Positions 41,155 to 51,786 of a DNA stretch of 64,000 nt are shown here, piece after piece. The notes beneath the pieces were generated by a model. The model was not told the DNA's origin. It searched no databases and worked only from the letters and a program-made list of their open reading frames with translations. The position numbers and the translations under genes are program-made. Each line of letters opens with the position of its first letter. Positions within the stretch are counted from its first letter, which is position 1. The DNA is from an uncultured Elusimicrobia bacterium (GTDB lineage Bacteria; Elusimicrobiota; Elusimicrobia; Elusimicrobiales; UBA9959): the NCBI GenBank assembly GCA_903879915.1, contig CAIRNJ010000102.1:13200-77199 (forward strand), written 5' to 3'.

Positions 41155-42027
41155 GTGAATTTCCAGGACATCATAATAAAACTGGGCCAGTACTGGGCGC
41201 GCCAGGGCTGCGCGCTGATCCAGCCTTACGACCTCGAGAAAGGCGCTGGCACTTTCAACCCGGCCACGTTCTTCGGCTCCCTCACCTCGAAGCCCTCGAA
41301 GGCGGCTTACGTCGAGCCGTGCCGCCGGCCCGGCGACGGGCGCTTCGGCGAGAACCCCAACCGCCTGGGCAAGTACTACCAGTACCAGGTGGTGATAAAG
41401 CCGCCGCCCGGCAACGTACAGCAGCTCTACCTGGATTCGCTGCGGGCCGTGGGCATAGACCATTCCGAGCACGACATCCGCTGGATCGAGGACGACTGGG
41501 AGTCCCCCACCCTCGGCGCCTCGGGCGTGGGCTGGGAGGTCTGGCTGGACGGCATGGAGATCACGCAGTTCACCTATTTCCAGCAGATGGCCTCTTACGA
41601 GCTCGACCCGGTCAGCGTCGAGATCACCTACGGGCTGGAACGCCTGGCCATGTTCGTGCAGAAGAAAAAGAACATCTTCGACATAAAATGGAACGACCGC
41701 CTGACCTACGGGGCCGTTCACGCCGGGCAGGAGGCCCAGTTCTCCCATTACAATTTCGAGGAGGCGGACGTGGAGAACCTTCGCTCGGATTTCGACCGCT
41801 GGGAAAAAGAAACTTTCCGCGTGGCCGGCAAAGGCTATTTCCTGCCGGCCTTCGACCTGGTTATGAAGTGCTCTCATAATTTCAACCTGCTGGACGCCCG
41901 CGGCGCCATCTCGGTGACCGAGCGCGCCGTGCTGATAAAGCGCATCCGCGATATGGCGAAGGTCTGCGCCTCGGGTTACGTGGCCGCCAGCGGGCCGGCA
42001 GGGCGCAAGGAGCCCGCAAATGCTTAA
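41155..42027 (+). CDS. glyQ: Glycine--tRNA ligase alpha subunit
   Basis: GTG 41155 preceded by [44 protein letters not shown] is highly GlyQ-like. The upstream part of track ORF 40711.. overlaps recO and is rejected. Confidence 0.95.
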   Translation: MNFQDIIIKLGQYWARQGCALIQPYDLEKGAGTFNPATFFGSLTSKPSKAAYVEPCRRPGDGRFGENPNRLGKYYQYQVVIKPPPGNVQQLYLDSLRAVGIDHSEHDIRWIEDDWESPTLGASGVGWEVWLDGMEITQFTYFQQMASYELDPVSVEITYGLERLAMFVQKKKNIFDIKWNDRLTYGAVHAGQEAQFSHYNFEEADVENLRSDFDRWEKETFRVAGKGYFLPAFDLVMKCSHNFNLLDARGAISVTERAVLIKRIRDMAKVCASGYVAASGPAGRKEPANA

Positions 42028-44098
42028 GCGAGACGTCCTGCTCGAGGTGCGCACGGAGAACATTCCGGCGCGGTTCGTGCTCTCAGCCGAAGCGCAGCTT
42101 AAAAAATACGCGGCCGAACTGCTGGCCGCGGCCTGCCTGCCTTGCGAGGCCATAGAGGCTTACGGCACTTATAAGCGGCTGGTGCTTTATATTTCCGGGG
42201 TGCCGGCCAGGACCGAAGAGCGCGTTGGGAAGGCTTACGGCCCGGCGGCGCGCCTGCTGAAGGACGCCGGCGGGAACTTTACTCCCCAGGCCGCGGGTTT
42301 CGCGCGCGCGCGCGGCACCACGCCGGACAAGCTGGGCGTGGAGACCGTGCCCAATAAAGGCGAGGTGCTGGTGTTCTCGGCGAAGGTCCCGGGCCGGGCC
42401 GCGGTAAAGGCTCTTGCCGAGATCTTCCCCAAGGTCATTTCCCGGCTCCAGTTCCCGAAGAACATGGTGTGGGAGACCACCCGGTTCCGCTTCGCGCGCC
42501 CCATCCGCGGCGTGCTCGCCCTGTACGGGGACAAGCCCGTGACGTTCGAGATCGCCGGGATAAAGTCGGGGCGGCTCACCGTCGGCCTCAGCGCCAAGGG
42601 CTCGCGCCAGGTAAAAGTGGCCGCCGCGGAGAAATATTTCAAGGCGCTGGAGCACGCGAGCGTCATAGTGCAGGACGCGCAGCGCCTGGACGCCATGCGC
42701 CGGGAGCTCGCGCGCCTTTCAAAGCGCATGCGGCTGGAAGTGCGGGAGGACGAGGAACTGCTCGAAGAGAACCTTTACCTGGCGGAGTACCCGGTCTGCG
42801 TGGTGGCCGGCTATTCGCAGGATTTTCTGAAGCTGCCTCATGAGCTGGTGCAGCTGGTAATGAAAAAACAGCTGAAGTTCTTTACCGTGACCGACCAGGC
42901 CGGGAAGCTGCAGCCGTATTTCGTGGGCGTGCGGGACGGCGTTTCCAAAGGCCAGCGCAACGTCGAGGAGGGGTTCCGCAACGTGCTCGAAGCGCGCCTG
43001 CGCGACGCGGTTTTCTTCTATACCCGCGACCTCGCCGTGCCGCTGGCCGCCTTCAGGGCGAAACTGTCGTCCGTCACTTTCCAGGAGAAGCTCGGGAACA
43101 TGGCCGATAAGACCGCCAGGGTGGAGAAACTCACCGCCTGGCTGTGCGCCCGCTGCGGCGCGCCTGTTAATAAGGAAGAGGCCGCCTCCGCGGCCGGCTG
43201 CGTCTACGCCGATCTGACCAGCAGCGTGGTGCGCGAGTTCACCGAGCTGCAGGGAGTTATGGGCTATTATTACGCGAAGAACGCGGGCCTGGGCGAAAGG
43301 ACCGCCCGCGCCGCTGGCGAGTTCTACCTGCCGCTGTCGGCGAAATCGCCGCTGCCCTCCTCTATGGAGGGCGCCCTGGTTTCCCTGGCCGGCAAGCTGG
43401 ATACGCTGGCCTGCGACTTCTCGCTGGGGCTGATGCCTACCGGCAGCGAGGACCCGCACGCGCTGAGGCGCCAGGCGCTGGGCGCGGTGCGCATCGTGCT
43501 TGAGAACAAGCTGCCGCTGGACCTCAAAGCGGCCGTCGCCGAAGCTTTTTCCCTGCTCCCCCCTCCTTCGCGGCCGCGGGCCGGCGAGGCGCTGCTGGAT
43601 TTCCTCTGGCAGCGCGCCGAGGCGGTCTTCTCGGACGCGGGCTGCCGCTTCGACGAGATAAAAGCGGCCAGGGGATTTTTTCTCTCCGGCGGGGACCTGC
43701 GGGACTGCCGCGCCCGCATACTGGGCCTCAACGCGCTGCGGGCCGACCCGGACTTCGCCGCTATCGCCGCGGCCTTCAAGCGGGCGAAGAATATCCTGCG
43801 CGAGGCCAAGGCGCCGCTCAGCGGGGCCCCCGACGAAGCCGTTTTCGCTCAGGACGAGGAAAGGGCCCTGTACGGAGATATCAAAAGGCTGTCGGGCAGG
43901 CTGAAGGCGCATGCGGACAACAGGGATTACGCCGCCGGCCTGCGCGAGCTGCTTTCGATAAAAGTGAGCCTGGACAGCTTCTTCGAAAAAGTTATGGTGA
44001 TGGCCGAGGACCCCGAAGTGCGCGGCAACCGCCTGAACCTGATGAAGTCGCTGGTGAATATCTTCGGGTCGCTGGCCGACCTGTCCCAACTGCAGTAA
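42020..44098 (+). CDS. glyS: Glycine--tRNA ligase beta subunit
   Basis: 692 aa. N-terminal [13 protein letters not shown] motif. Overlaps the glyQ stop by 8 nt. Confidence 0.9.
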   Translation: MLKRDVLLEVRTENIPARFVLSAEAQLKKYAAELLAAACLPCEAIEAYGTYKRLVLYISGVPARTEERVGKAYGPAARLLKDAGGNFTPQAAGFARARGTTPDKLGVETVPNKGEVLVFSAKVPGRAAVKALAEIFPKVISRLQFPKNMVWETTRFRFARPIRGVLALYGDKPVTFEIAGIKSGRLTVGLSAKGSRQVKVAAAEKYFKALEHASVIVQDAQRLDAMRRELARLSKRMRLEVREDEELLEENLYLAEYPVCVVAGYSQDFLKLPHELVQLVMKKQLKFFTVTDQAGKLQPYFVGVRDGVSKGQRNVEEGFRNVLEARLRDAVFFYTRDLAVPLAAFRAKLSSVTFQEKLGNMADKTARVEKLTAWLCARCGAPVNKEEAASAAGCVYADLTSSVVREFTELQGVMGYYYAKNAGLGERTARAAGEFYLPLSAKSPLPSSMEGALVSLAGKLDTLACDFSLGLMPTGSEDPHALRRQALGAVRIVLENKLPLDLKAAVAEAFSLLPPPSRPRAGEALLDFLWQRAEAVFSDAGCRFDEIKAARGFFLSGGDLRDCRARILGLNALRADPDFAAIAAAFKRAKNILREAKAPLSGAPDEAVFAQDEERALYGDIKRLSGRLKAHADNRDYAAGLRELLSIKVSLDSFFEKVMVMAEDPEVRGNRLNLMKSLVNIFGSLADLSQLQ

Positions 44099-44120
44099 GG
44101 GTTCAAGGCCTTAAGAAAAG

Positions 44121-44151
44121 CGCCGCCCCTACGGGCGGCGTTCTTCTTTTT
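44121..44151 (+). terminator. Rho-independent (potentially bidirectional) terminator between glyS and the convergent OMP gene
   Basis: Stem CGCCGCCC / GGGCGGCG with loop CTAC, followed by TTCTTCTTTTT. Preceded by GAAAAG on the other side. Confidence 0.75.
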
Positions 44152-44171
44152 GCCCGGGGCAGCCTGCTTTG

Positions 44172-45536
44172 TCAGAAAGGATAGCCTATTCTTATTATGG
44201 CGTTGGTGCCTTCGGAGCCGTAGGCCAGGTCCACGGTGGCCACCAGCTGCGGGCGGATCACCAGACGGGCCGAGATGCCGGGCGCGTATTTAAGATTGCG
44301 CGCGCGGAAGTGAGTGGGTTTATTGAACACGCTGCCCACGTCCAGGAAAGGGGCTATTTCCGTTTCGCTGATGAACTTCATGAAAGGCGTGCGGGACAGC
44401 GTAATGCGCTCCTCGATGGTGAACACGAACTTGCCGCGGTCCGTGAAGCGGCCGTCGCCAGCCATCCTGAGCCCGGTGCTTTCCCCCAGCTGCGGCATGG
44501 CGTAAAAAGGCAGCTCATCCCCGCGCTGGAACTGCAGCAGGTAATGCACCGCCGTCACGTAGCGGCCCTCTTCCTTATAGTTATAGTAGTTCTTCACCTG
44601 GAAAGCGTAGGTGCGGTATTCGTAGTCCGAGCCCAGTTTCCTGTTGGAATACAGGGCGGAGGCGCTCGCGTAGGTGCCTATCTTCGGCAGGAACGGGTGG
44701 TCCGTATCGTCGTAGACCAGCGAGAAGCGGTTGGTGTGGAACGTGCGCATCTCCGCCGCTTTCGCGTAATCCGCAGGAAAAAGGTCCTTCACCTGCCCGT
44801 TGTCCACCGGCCCGTTATCTATTCGCTTGTCGAAATAGGTATGGTTGAAGTTTATGAACAGGTGTTTTATCAGCGGCAGGTCCAGTATCACCTCTTCGCC
44901 CGTCATCTGCAGCGCGTAATTCGCCTTGTTCCCCCTTTGCGAATTTATGCCGTACCCGTAGAAAGAGGGCTTGCCGGTTATCCAGTGCTTCGCCTCCACG
45001 CTGAGCCGGATGTCGGAGGAAAAAAGCTGCGGGGTATAGTAATAGACCATCAGTTCCCGCTCCACGCGCTCTGATTTCGAGGCGCGCAGGATGAAGTACC
45101 GCTTGTCGTCCGGGAAAATATAATGCCTGTAGGTGAGCGTGGTCCGCAGGTTCTCGTTATAGGTGATGGACGGAACGATCACGGATTTAAGCGTTCCCGT
45201 GCCTTTGCCCCGTATCGCGAGCACCGGCATGAAGCCGAAGCTGGGGCCCAGGTCCTTGCTCGAATCCACCACCGGGAACGGGATTATGGGGCCGTTGGCG
45301 GTATTTATAGTAATGGTGTTCAGCATCCTCGCCAGGATCCCCTCCCGGTAGGTGGTGGTCGGCCGCTCCAGGGTCTTAAGAATGTCTTCCCTGGTCTTCG
45401 GCTCTATTTTGGTTATTTCTTCCTTGGCTTTAGGCGTCGGCTTCGCCAGCCGCTTCTTCCGTGGCTGCTGGCTGTAAGCGGCCGGAGCGCAGGCGAACAG
45501 CAGGGCGAAACATATAAGGAGGGATCTTTTAAACAT
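44172..45536 (-). CDS. Omp85/BamA-TamA-family outer membrane beta-barrel (surface antigen D15-like, no obvious POTRA)
   Basis: Signal peptide with a possible lipobox (LLFACAP). Alternating beta-strand pattern throughout. C-terminal ...GTNAIIRIGYPF ending in Phe. Confidence 0.6.
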   Translation of the reverse strand: MFKRSLLICFALLFACAPAAYSQQPRKKRLAKPTPKAKEEITKIEPKTREDILKTLERPTTTYREGILARMLNTITINTANGPIIPFPVVDSSKDLGPSFGFMPVLAIRGKGTGTLKSVIVPSITYNENLRTTLTYRHYIFPDDKRYFILRASKSERVERELMVYYYTPQLFSSDIRLSVEAKHWITGKPSFYGYGINSQRGNKANYALQMTGEEVILDLPLIKHLFINFNHTYFDKRIDNGPVDNGQVKDLFPADYAKAAEMRTFHTNRFSLVYDDTDHPFLPKIGTYASASALYSNRKLGSDYEYRTYAFQVKNYYNYKEEGRYVTAVHYLLQFQRGDELPFYAMPQLGESTGLRMAGDGRFTDRGKFVFTIEERITLSRTPFMKFISETEIAPFLDVGSVFNKPTHFRARNLKYAPGISARLVIRPQLVATVDLAYGSEGTNAIIRIGYPF

Positions 45537-47175
45537 TATATCCGGCGGGCGCTTTTACTATGGGCATCTTCCGGCCGTAGCCGAAAGATTTTTCCGTCAC
45601 CTTCAGCCCGATGGGGAGCTGCTTGCGCTTGTATTCGTTGGCCTCCACGCGGCGCAGTATGGAGCGCACCAGCTTTTCGTTGAAGCCCCGGCGCACTATC
45701 TCCGCCGCGGAGCGGTTCTCTTCCATGTAAAGGCGTATCACTTCGTCGAGCACCTTGTAAGGCGGCAGATCGTCCTGGTCCTTCTGCCCGGGCTTGAGCT
45801 CGGCCGTGGGCGGCCGCCGTATGACGGCGCGCGGGATAACTTCCCCTTCCCGGTTCAGGTATTGCGCCAGCCGGTAAACCTCGGTCTTCAGCAGGTCGGC
45901 TATGGGCGCGATGGCCCCGGCGGTGTCGCCGTAAAGCGTGCAGTAGCCTACGGCTATCTCCGACTTATTGCCGGTGGTGAGCGCCAGCCAGTTGTTGGCG
46001 TTGGCCAGCGCCATCAGTATGCTGCCCCGGGAGCGGGACTGCAGGTTCTGCATGGTAAGGGAAACCTCGCCGCCGGGGGCGCCCGCCCTGAGTTCTTTCA
46101 GGAAGGCGCGGTAAATGCTCTTTATCGGCACCGTCATGGTCTTAATGCCGAGGTTGCGGGCGATACGCAGCGCGTCGCCGCAGCTCCGTTCGGAGGTATA
46201 CTCCGAAGGCATCAGCACGCCGGTGACGTTCTCCGGGCCCAGCGCGCGGGCGGCCAGCGCCGCCACCACCGCCGAGTCTATGCCGCCGCTCAGGCCCAGC
46301 ACGGCTTTTCTGAAACCCATCTTCCCGAAATAATCACGGATGCCGAGGGTAAGGGCCGCGCAGATCTCGCCCTCGGCGTCCATTGCGGGGGCCGCGGGAG
46401 CGGAGGGCGCTTGCGTATCTATCAGCAGCAGGTCTTCCGCGAAACTTTTCGCCCGCGCCAGCACTTTGCCCGAAGGCGCCAGCGCGAAGCTGTTGCCGTC
46501 GAAGATAAGTTCGTCGTTGGCGCCGGTCTGGTTCGCGTAAATTATGAAGGCGTTCATCCTGCGCGCGAGCCCTGAAAGGATGCGCAGGCGCCTGGCGCTC
46601 TTTCCCTTGTAGAACGGCGACGCCGAGATGTTTATCACTACGGAGGCCCTGGCCGCGCACAGCGTCCTGACCGGGTTGTTCCGGTAAAGCAGGCGGCTGG
46701 GCAGCAGGGCGGTTCCGGCCCAGATGTCCTCGCAGACGGTCAGGCCCAGCGTGACCCCGGCGAAGCGCACCGGTTTGTTCTCCGCGGCCGGTTCGAAGTA
46801 GCGGGCCTCGTCGAAAATATCGTAGGTGGGCAGCAGCGATTTGGCCCTTTTCGCGGCTACGCGGCCGGAGTGCAGCAGCGCCACCGAGTTAAGCAGCGCC
46901 TTGCCTTTTTTCGCGGGATTCCTGTCGGCGAAGCCTACTACCAGCGCCGGTCTCAGCTTAAGAGCGGCCAGACGTTCAAGCGCGCGCAGGTTCTCGGCGA
47001 TGAACTCTTTCCGCTCCAGCAGGTCCAGCGGCGGATAGCCGGTCAGCGCCAGCTCCGGGAAAACTACCAGGTCGGCGCCGGCGGCTTCGGCCCGGCGCGC
47101 GAAAGCTTCCGCCAGGCGGGCGTTGCCGTCGATGTCTCCTACCCGTGGGTTGATCTGCGCGATAGCTATTTTCAT
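45529..47175 (-). CDS. nadE: Glutamine-dependent NAD+ synthetase (nitrilase-like CN hydrolase + NAD synthase domains)
   Basis: MKIAIAQINPRVGDIDGN...VVFPELALTGYPP (CN hydrolase) and LGLSGGIDSAVVAALA (PP-loop SGGxDS). Start taken at ATG 47175. Confidence 0.9.
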   Translation of the reverse strand: MKIAIAQINPRVGDIDGNARLAEAFARRAEAAGADLVVFPELALTGYPPLDLLERKEFIAENLRALERLAALKLRPALVVGFADRNPAKKGKALLNSVALLHSGRVAAKRAKSLLPTYDIFDEARYFEPAAENKPVRFAGVTLGLTVCEDIWAGTALLPSRLLYRNNPVRTLCAARASVVINISASPFYKGKSARRLRILSGLARRMNAFIIYANQTGANDELIFDGNSFALAPSGKVLARAKSFAEDLLLIDTQAPSAPAAPAMDAEGEICAALTLGIRDYFGKMGFRKAVLGLSGGIDSAVVAALAARALGPENVTGVLMPSEYTSERSCGDALRIARNLGIKTMTVPIKSIYRAFLKELRAGAPGGEVSLTMQNLQSRSRGSILMALANANNWLALTTGNKSEIAVGYCTLYGDTAGAIAPIADLLKTEVYRLAQYLNREGEVIPRAVIRRPPTAELKPGQKDQDDLPPYKVLDEVIRLYMEENRSAAEIVRRGFNEKLVRSILRRVEANEYKRKQLPIGLKVTEKSFGYGRKMPIVKAPAGYNV

Positions 47176-47286
47176 TATTTCCAGTGTTAAGTATAGAAAA
47201 TTAGGCACGCTGTGTAAAAAACGTTCCTGGATTTAATAAACTATAACATCTTAGTGAACAGCTTCTTTAGTTTGAGGAGATCTTTG

Positions 47287-47511
47287 ATGAGAACGAGATC
47301 GTTTTTACTTCCCCTGCTGGTTTTGCCCGCGCTGGCCCTGGGCGGCTGCGTGCGGGTGCACCAGATAGACCGGGAGACCCTTTCAAAACCGATAATGCAA
47401 TTCGAGCCGATGGGCAACCGCCAGGCTTTTTTGAACGATTTCCATTCCATCAGGGAAGGCGCGGCGGGCGGCGTGGGCCAGAGCGCGGGAGGCGGCTGTG
47501 GCTGCAATTAG
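47287..47511 (+). CDS. DUF4266-type small lipoprotein
   Basis: ATG 47287 with a GAGGAG RBS. Lipobox LALGGC. C-terminus ...GVGQSAGGGCGCN, the Gly/Cys-rich ending I associate with DUF4266. Confidence 0.65.
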   Translation: MRTRSFLLPLLVLPALALGGCVRVHQIDRETLSKPIMQFEPMGNRQAFLNDFHSIREGAAGGVGQSAGGGCGCN

Positions 47512-48670
47512 AAGATTCCTTTTCGCGGCCGTGCTGATAGCCTGCTTCGAAAGGGCGGCCGTCGCAAAGACCAATATGGAACTGGTGGTCAACTCCATGT
47601 ACCAGAGCGGCCATGGCGGCAGGCAGGTCTACGACGGCTCGGGCGACCAGTCCCTGACGCTGTACGAACCGGTGCTTTATATAAATTCCCAGATAGACCA
47701 TAACCCCAGCGTGTTCGGCAGCGCCGTTTTTGACGCGCTGAGTTCCGCCTCCGCCAAGGCTTTTGATTCCGGCACCGGCGCCTCGGGCGGCAAAAACAGT
47801 GCGGGAGGCGACGACGAAGGAGAGGGCGGCGACAGCCTGCTGGGCGGCTGGCAGAGCCGGGTGGGTTTCGACTTCGGGGTTTCGAAGAGGGCCGGCAATT
47901 GGATGTTCACCCCCACCGCCGGCTATTCCAACGAGCTTTCCTACCGGTCGCTGCACGGCGGCCTGAACGCGCAGAAATTCTTCGCAGAGGACAATTTCGT
48001 GGTTTCCGCCGGGGTCTTCCACTTCTCCGACGCCGCCAACCCCTGGGACCTGGCCCGCGGCAGGTTCGCGGGCTTCAAGGCCAAGACCACCAACTCGGCG
48101 AACCTCAGCGTGTCGCAGCTGCTCAGCCCCGACGATATCGTGCTCGGCGGCATCAGCTACACCCGCCAGGGAGGCTTCCTGGAAGGAACGCGCAATACCG
48201 TAAGCACCGGCACCGTCACGCAGCGCGCCTCCGAAGCGCTGCCGCAGGGCCGGGACAAGTTCACGGCCAATACGCGCTACGTCCGCAGCCTCGGAGAGAA
48301 CCTGGCCTTCCACCTCGACTACCGGTACTACGCCGACAGCTGGGACATCCGCGCCCACACCTGGGAGCCGTCGCTGGCCGCGGCTTTCTCCGACGAGAAA
48401 GGGCTTTTCCGCGTGCTTTACCGCCGGTATTCCCAGACCGCGGCCAAGTATTACGCCGCGTCCTTCTCCGGGGTCGGGCACAGGATGACCTCCGATTCCG
48501 ACCTTTCGAAGTTCACCGCCAACGAGGGCGGCGTCCAGTTCACGTACGCGCCGGAGCCGGGCAGGGCCGGCGGTACCGAATGGGCCTGGGGCGGCACGGC
48601 GCTTTACTATAAGCGGTCCAACGACCTGAAAGCCCTGGTGTTCCAGTTCTCCGTCACGGCGAGGTATTGA
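47498..48670 (+). CDS. DUF3570-type predicted outer-membrane beta-barrel
   Basis: GTG start overlapping the DUF4266 gene. Signal peptide. YRYYADSWDIRAHTWEP motif and beta-strand periodicity. Ends FQFSVTARY. Confidence 0.6.
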   Translation: MAAIRRFLFAAVLIACFERAAVAKTNMELVVNSMYQSGHGGRQVYDGSGDQSLTLYEPVLYINSQIDHNPSVFGSAVFDALSSASAKAFDSGTGASGGKNSAGGDDEGEGGDSLLGGWQSRVGFDFGVSKRAGNWMFTPTAGYSNELSYRSLHGGLNAQKFFAEDNFVVSAGVFHFSDAANPWDLARGRFAGFKAKTTNSANLSVSQLLSPDDIVLGGISYTRQGGFLEGTRNTVSTGTVTQRASEALPQGRDKFTANTRYVRSLGENLAFHLDYRYYADSWDIRAHTWEPSLAAAFSDEKGLFRVLYRRYSQTAAKYYAASFSGVGHRMTSDSDLSKFTANEGGVQFTYAPEPGRAGGTEWAWGGTALYYKRSNDLKALVFQFSVTARY

Positions 48671-49635
48671 TGGAACCTTTGGTCATGGCCCGGACCTGCA
48701 TGGGGTCCCCTTTCGAAATAACCGCCTACCCGGGCGGCCCCTCCGGCGCCGCCGAAACGGCGGTGAGGACCGCCTACGCCGAGCTGGAACGGGTGGAGGC
48801 TTTGCTCACCGATTTCCGCGACAGCCCGCTGAACGCCCTGAACGCGGCCGCGGGCGGGCCGCCGGTCGGCGTTGCGCCGGAACTTTTCAGCCTGGTGGAA
48901 TTCGCGCTGGGGATCTGCGGGGAGTCCGGCGGCGCCTTCGATATAACCTTCTCGGCCGTGGGCATGCTCTGGCGCGAGGCTTTCCGCACCGGCGTCCCCC
49001 CCGCCCCGGAGGAAATAGAGCGGGCGCGGCTCCTGGTGGACCATTCAAAGGTGGAACTGGACAGGTCCGCCTGTACCATCCGGCTGCCGCAGCGCGGCAT
49101 GCGCATAGGTCTCGGTTCCATCGGCAAGGGCTACGGGGTGGACAGGGCTTACCGCGTGCTCAAAGACCTCGGCCTTGAAAATTTCTGCGTCAACGGCGCC
49201 GGCGACCTTCGCGTGGCCTCTTCGCCGGGCGCTCCGCGCCCGTGGCGGGTGGCCGTGAAAAATCCATTCGCCGCCGACGACAGGGCGGCCGGCTTCATGG
49301 ACCTGCGCGGCGGCGCGCTGGTCACCTCGGGGGATTACGCGCGCTACTTCGTCCACCGCGGCAAAAAATACCACCACATAATCGACGCGCGTACAGGCCA
49401 GGTGCGCAGCGACGTGGCCAGCGTTACGGTGCTGGCCTCCACCGCGGCGCTGGCCAACGCCTATACCATTTCCGCCATGGCGCTGGGGCCCGAAGAAGGC
49501 GCCGCGTTCCTGCGCCGCCGCCGCGAGGCGTCCGGCATCATCATAACTTCCTCCGGCGCCGTTATCAATTGCAACATGAAAACAGCCGGGTGTCCCACTA
49601 AAGGAGAGAACGCATATGCAGCCGGTAAACCTTGA
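48670..49635 (+). CDS. apbE: FAD:protein FMN transferase (ApbE family)
   Basis: LGSIGKGYGVDRA and TSGDYARYF...YHHIIDARTG motifs. The ATG overlaps the DUF3570 stop (TGATG). Confidence 0.85.
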   Translation: MEPLVMARTCMGSPFEITAYPGGPSGAAETAVRTAYAELERVEALLTDFRDSPLNALNAAAGGPPVGVAPELFSLVEFALGICGESGGAFDITFSAVGMLWREAFRTGVPPAPEEIERARLLVDHSKVELDRSACTIRLPQRGMRIGLGSIGKGYGVDRAYRVLKDLGLENFCVNGAGDLRVASSPGAPRPWRVAVKNPFAADDRAAGFMDLRGGALVTSGDYARYFVHRGKKYHHIIDARTGQVRSDVASVTVLASTAALANAYTISAMALGPEEGAAFLRRRREASGIIITSSGAVINCNMKTAGCPTKGENAYAAGKP

Positions 49636-50293
49636 AACTATCTCGCTTATGACCTTCCTGGCCGTTTACGTCTCCGGCCTGCTGACCTCCCTCACGCCCT
49701 GCGTGTATCCCATACTGCCCATCGTCGTGGGCTACCTGGGGTCCCGGGAGGGCGGCGCCGCCAGCCGCCTGCTGGCCGGCCTTTCCTACATACTCGGCAT
49801 GGCGCTGGTCTACTCGGCGCTGGGCATGGCGGCGGCCCTGACGGGCTCCCTGTTCGGCGAGATCAGCACCAACACTTACGTGTACCTGGCCTTCGGCGTG
49901 CTGATGCTGTTCATGGGAGGCAGCATGATGGACTGGTATTACATCCCAATGCCCGATCTGCCGGGCCTGGCTTCGGCGGAAATTAAAAAATCCCCGTTCA
50001 TCGGCCCTTTCGTGATGGGCCTTACCTCCGGACTGGTGGCTTCGCCGTGCACCGCGCCGGTACTGGCGAGCCTCCTGATGTACGTGGCGGCGAAGAGGGC
50101 CGTGGTCACCGGCGCCCTGCTGCTTTTTACTTTCTCCATGGGGCTCAGCACCATGCTGCTGGTGATCGGCTTTTTCGCCGGGACCCTGCTGCCGAGGTCC
50201 GGAGCCTGGATGGTAAAGGTGAAAAAGGGCCTGGCCATCCTGATAATAGGGGCCGGCATTTACTTTATTTACGCGGCCGGCAGGCTGGCCTGA
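49616..50293 (+). CDS. ccdA: Cytochrome c biogenesis/thiol-disulfide transporter CcdA (DsbD transmembrane domain)
   Basis: AAGGAG RBS. LTSLTPCVYPILP and LVASPCTAPVL, the two conserved Cys-containing TM motifs. Confidence 0.8.
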   Translation: MQPVNLETISLMTFLAVYVSGLLTSLTPCVYPILPIVVGYLGSREGGAASRLLAGLSYILGMALVYSALGMAAALTGSLFGEISTNTYVYLAFGVLMLFMGGSMMDWYYIPMPDLPGLASAEIKKSPFIGPFVMGLTSGLVASPCTAPVLASLLMYVAAKRAVVTGALLLFTFSMGLSTMLLVIGFFAGTLLPRSGAWMVKVKKGLAILIIGAGIYFIYAAGRLA

Positions 50294-50319
50294 ATTCTTT
50301 CCGGGAGGACCTTGTTAAC

Positions 50320-50784
50320 ATGAAAAAAATTATCGCGGTATTGTTCGTAGCGTGCGTCGCGGCCGCCGGCTGGGCGCTGTACGCCGGGCAGGAGCCGGCC
50401 GCGGAGAACTTCGCCCTGCCGGGCCTGGACGGGAAACAGTTCAAGCTCGAAGAGAATCTGGGCAAAGGGTATATCGTCCTTAATTTCTGGGCGCGCTGGT
50501 GCGCCTCCTGCGAGGAGGAAGTCCCGCAGCTGGACGCGCTGATGAAGGAGCCCGGCGCGGATAAAGCGCTGTTCGTGGGCGTGAACGTAGGGGACAACCA
50601 GGCGAAGGCCTCCAAGTTCGTCGCCAAGTTCAAGTACCCCTACCTGGTCGTCCTGGACAAAGACAAGGCGGTGGCTAAAAAATACGGCGTGCTCGGGCTG
50701 CCGGTCACGCTGATAATCTCGAAGGACAGGAAAATAGTTTTCAGGGGCTCGCGCCCGCCAAAAACCTTCGACTTTTCCAAATAG
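50320..50784 (+). CDS. TlpA/ResA-like periplasmic thioredoxin (thiol:disulfide oxidoreductase)
   Basis: GGGAGG RBS. N-terminal anchor. WCASC active site inside LNFWARWCASCEEEVP. LGLPVTLIISKD (cis-Pro loop). Confidence 0.8.
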   Translation: MKKIIAVLFVACVAAAGWALYAGQEPAAENFALPGLDGKQFKLEENLGKGYIVLNFWARWCASCEEEVPQLDALMKEPGADKALFVGVNVGDNQAKASKFVAKFKYPYLVVLDKDKAVAKKYGVLGLPVTLIISKDRKIVFRGSRPPKTFDFSK

Positions 50785-50808
50785 CTCCGCCTGTCGTCCC
50801 GTCCTCCC

Positions 50809-50832
50809 GCCGGCCGGTTGAACCCGGCCGGC
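50809..50832 (+). terminator. GC-rich hairpin after the tlpA-like gene (weak terminator candidate)
   Basis: GCCGGCCGG-TTGAAC-CCGGCCGGC, a 9-bp stem. It is followed by TTAATAT rather than a clean U-tract. Confidence 0.3.
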
Positions 50833-50847
50833 TTAATATGATATTAT
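50818..50847 (+). promoter_or_regulatory. Candidate sigma70 promoter for rpsB-tsf
   Basis: TTGAAC (in the hairpin loop)-N18-TATTAT, about 70 nt upstream of the rpsB ATG. Confidence 0.4.
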
Positions 50848-50918
50848 CGCTACAGGATGAAATCCTGCCCCTGGAGGGCGGGAAAAGAACCGGAAAGTAA
50901 ATAAAAGAGAGGAAGAAA

Positions 50919-51767
50919 ATGTTAAACGTGTCAATGAAAAGCATGCTCGAAGCCGGAGTTCACTTCGGTCACCAGACCCACAGGTGGAACCCCAAGATGT
51001 CCCGCTATATATTCGGCGAAAGGAACGGGATACACATCCTGGACCTGCAGAAAACCGTTAAAGAAATAAAGAAAGCCTACACTTTTATGAAGGACTGCGC
51101 GAAGCAGGGAAAGACCTTCCTCTTTGTCGGCACCAAGAAACAGGCCAAGGAGATCATCCGCGAAGAAGCGCTGCGCTCCGACGTCTCCTGCGTGTACGAG
51201 AAGTGGCTGGGCGGCACCCTGACCAACTTCGAAACGCTGCGCAAGTCGCTGAAGCGCCTCGAGGAGCTCGAGAAATTCGAGACCGACGGCCTTTTCAAGG
51301 TCATGTCCAAGAAAGAAGTCTCCCGCCTTTCCAAAGAGAAAGCCCGCCTGGTAAAACTGCTCAGCGGCATACGCGGCCTGCGCTCGCTGCCCGACATCGT
51401 GTTCATCGTGGACCCGATAATGGAAGGCAACGCCCTGCGCGAAGCCCGCAAACTGGGCATCCCGGTGGTCGGCGTCTGCGACACCAACTGCGACCCCGAT
51501 ATGCTTGACTGGCCCGTGCCGGGCAACGACGACGCGGCCCGTTCCATACGGCTTTTCTGCGCCGCCATGGCCGACGCCATCATCGACGGACGCGCCGAAG
51601 CGGAGGCCGAGAAGGCCGCCGCCCACCAGCAGACCCAGGAAGCCGAGGCTCTGTCCGCCAGCGAGCAGCAGATCGCCGAGGCCGGCGGGCAGCCGATGGA
51701 GGAACCCGCCCCGGAGACCGAAACCTCCGAGCAGGCCGCTCCCGAAACCGTCAGGACCGAAGAGTAA
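50919..51767 (+). CDS. rpsB: 30S ribosomal protein S2 (with an acidic C-terminal extension)
   Basis: [27 protein letters not shown]... is a canonical S2 N-terminus. GAGAGGAAG RBS. Confidence 0.95.
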   Translation: MLNVSMKSMLEAGVHFGHQTHRWNPKMSRYIFGERNGIHILDLQKTVKEIKKAYTFMKDCAKQGKTFLFVGTKKQAKEIIREEALRSDVSCVYEKWLGGTLTNFETLRKSLKRLEELEKFETDGLFKVMSKKEVSRLSKEKARLVKLLSGIRGLRSLPDIVFIVDPIMEGNALREARKLGIPVVGVCDTNCDPDMLDWPVPGNDDAARSIRLFCAAMADAIIDGRAEAEAEKAAAHQQTQEAEALSASEQQIAEAGGQPMEEPAPETETSEQAAPETVRTEE

Positions 51768-51786
51768 CTGACTTTTCCGCAGTACG

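Noticed and set aside
40933-44089. Minus-strand ORFs 40933..42153 (406 aa) and 42719..44089 (456 aa)
   Set aside because: They are antisense to recO/glyQ and glyS, which are confidently identified. Their translations have no motifs and an Arg/Gly/Ala/Pro-rich composition.
47200-47227. GGAAC-N17-CCTAAT on the minus strand upstream of nadE
   Set aside because: It lacks both the TTTTT tract and the GTTTAA-type -10 shared by sites A to D, so it is probably a chance GGAAC. I do not count it as part of the ECF motif set.
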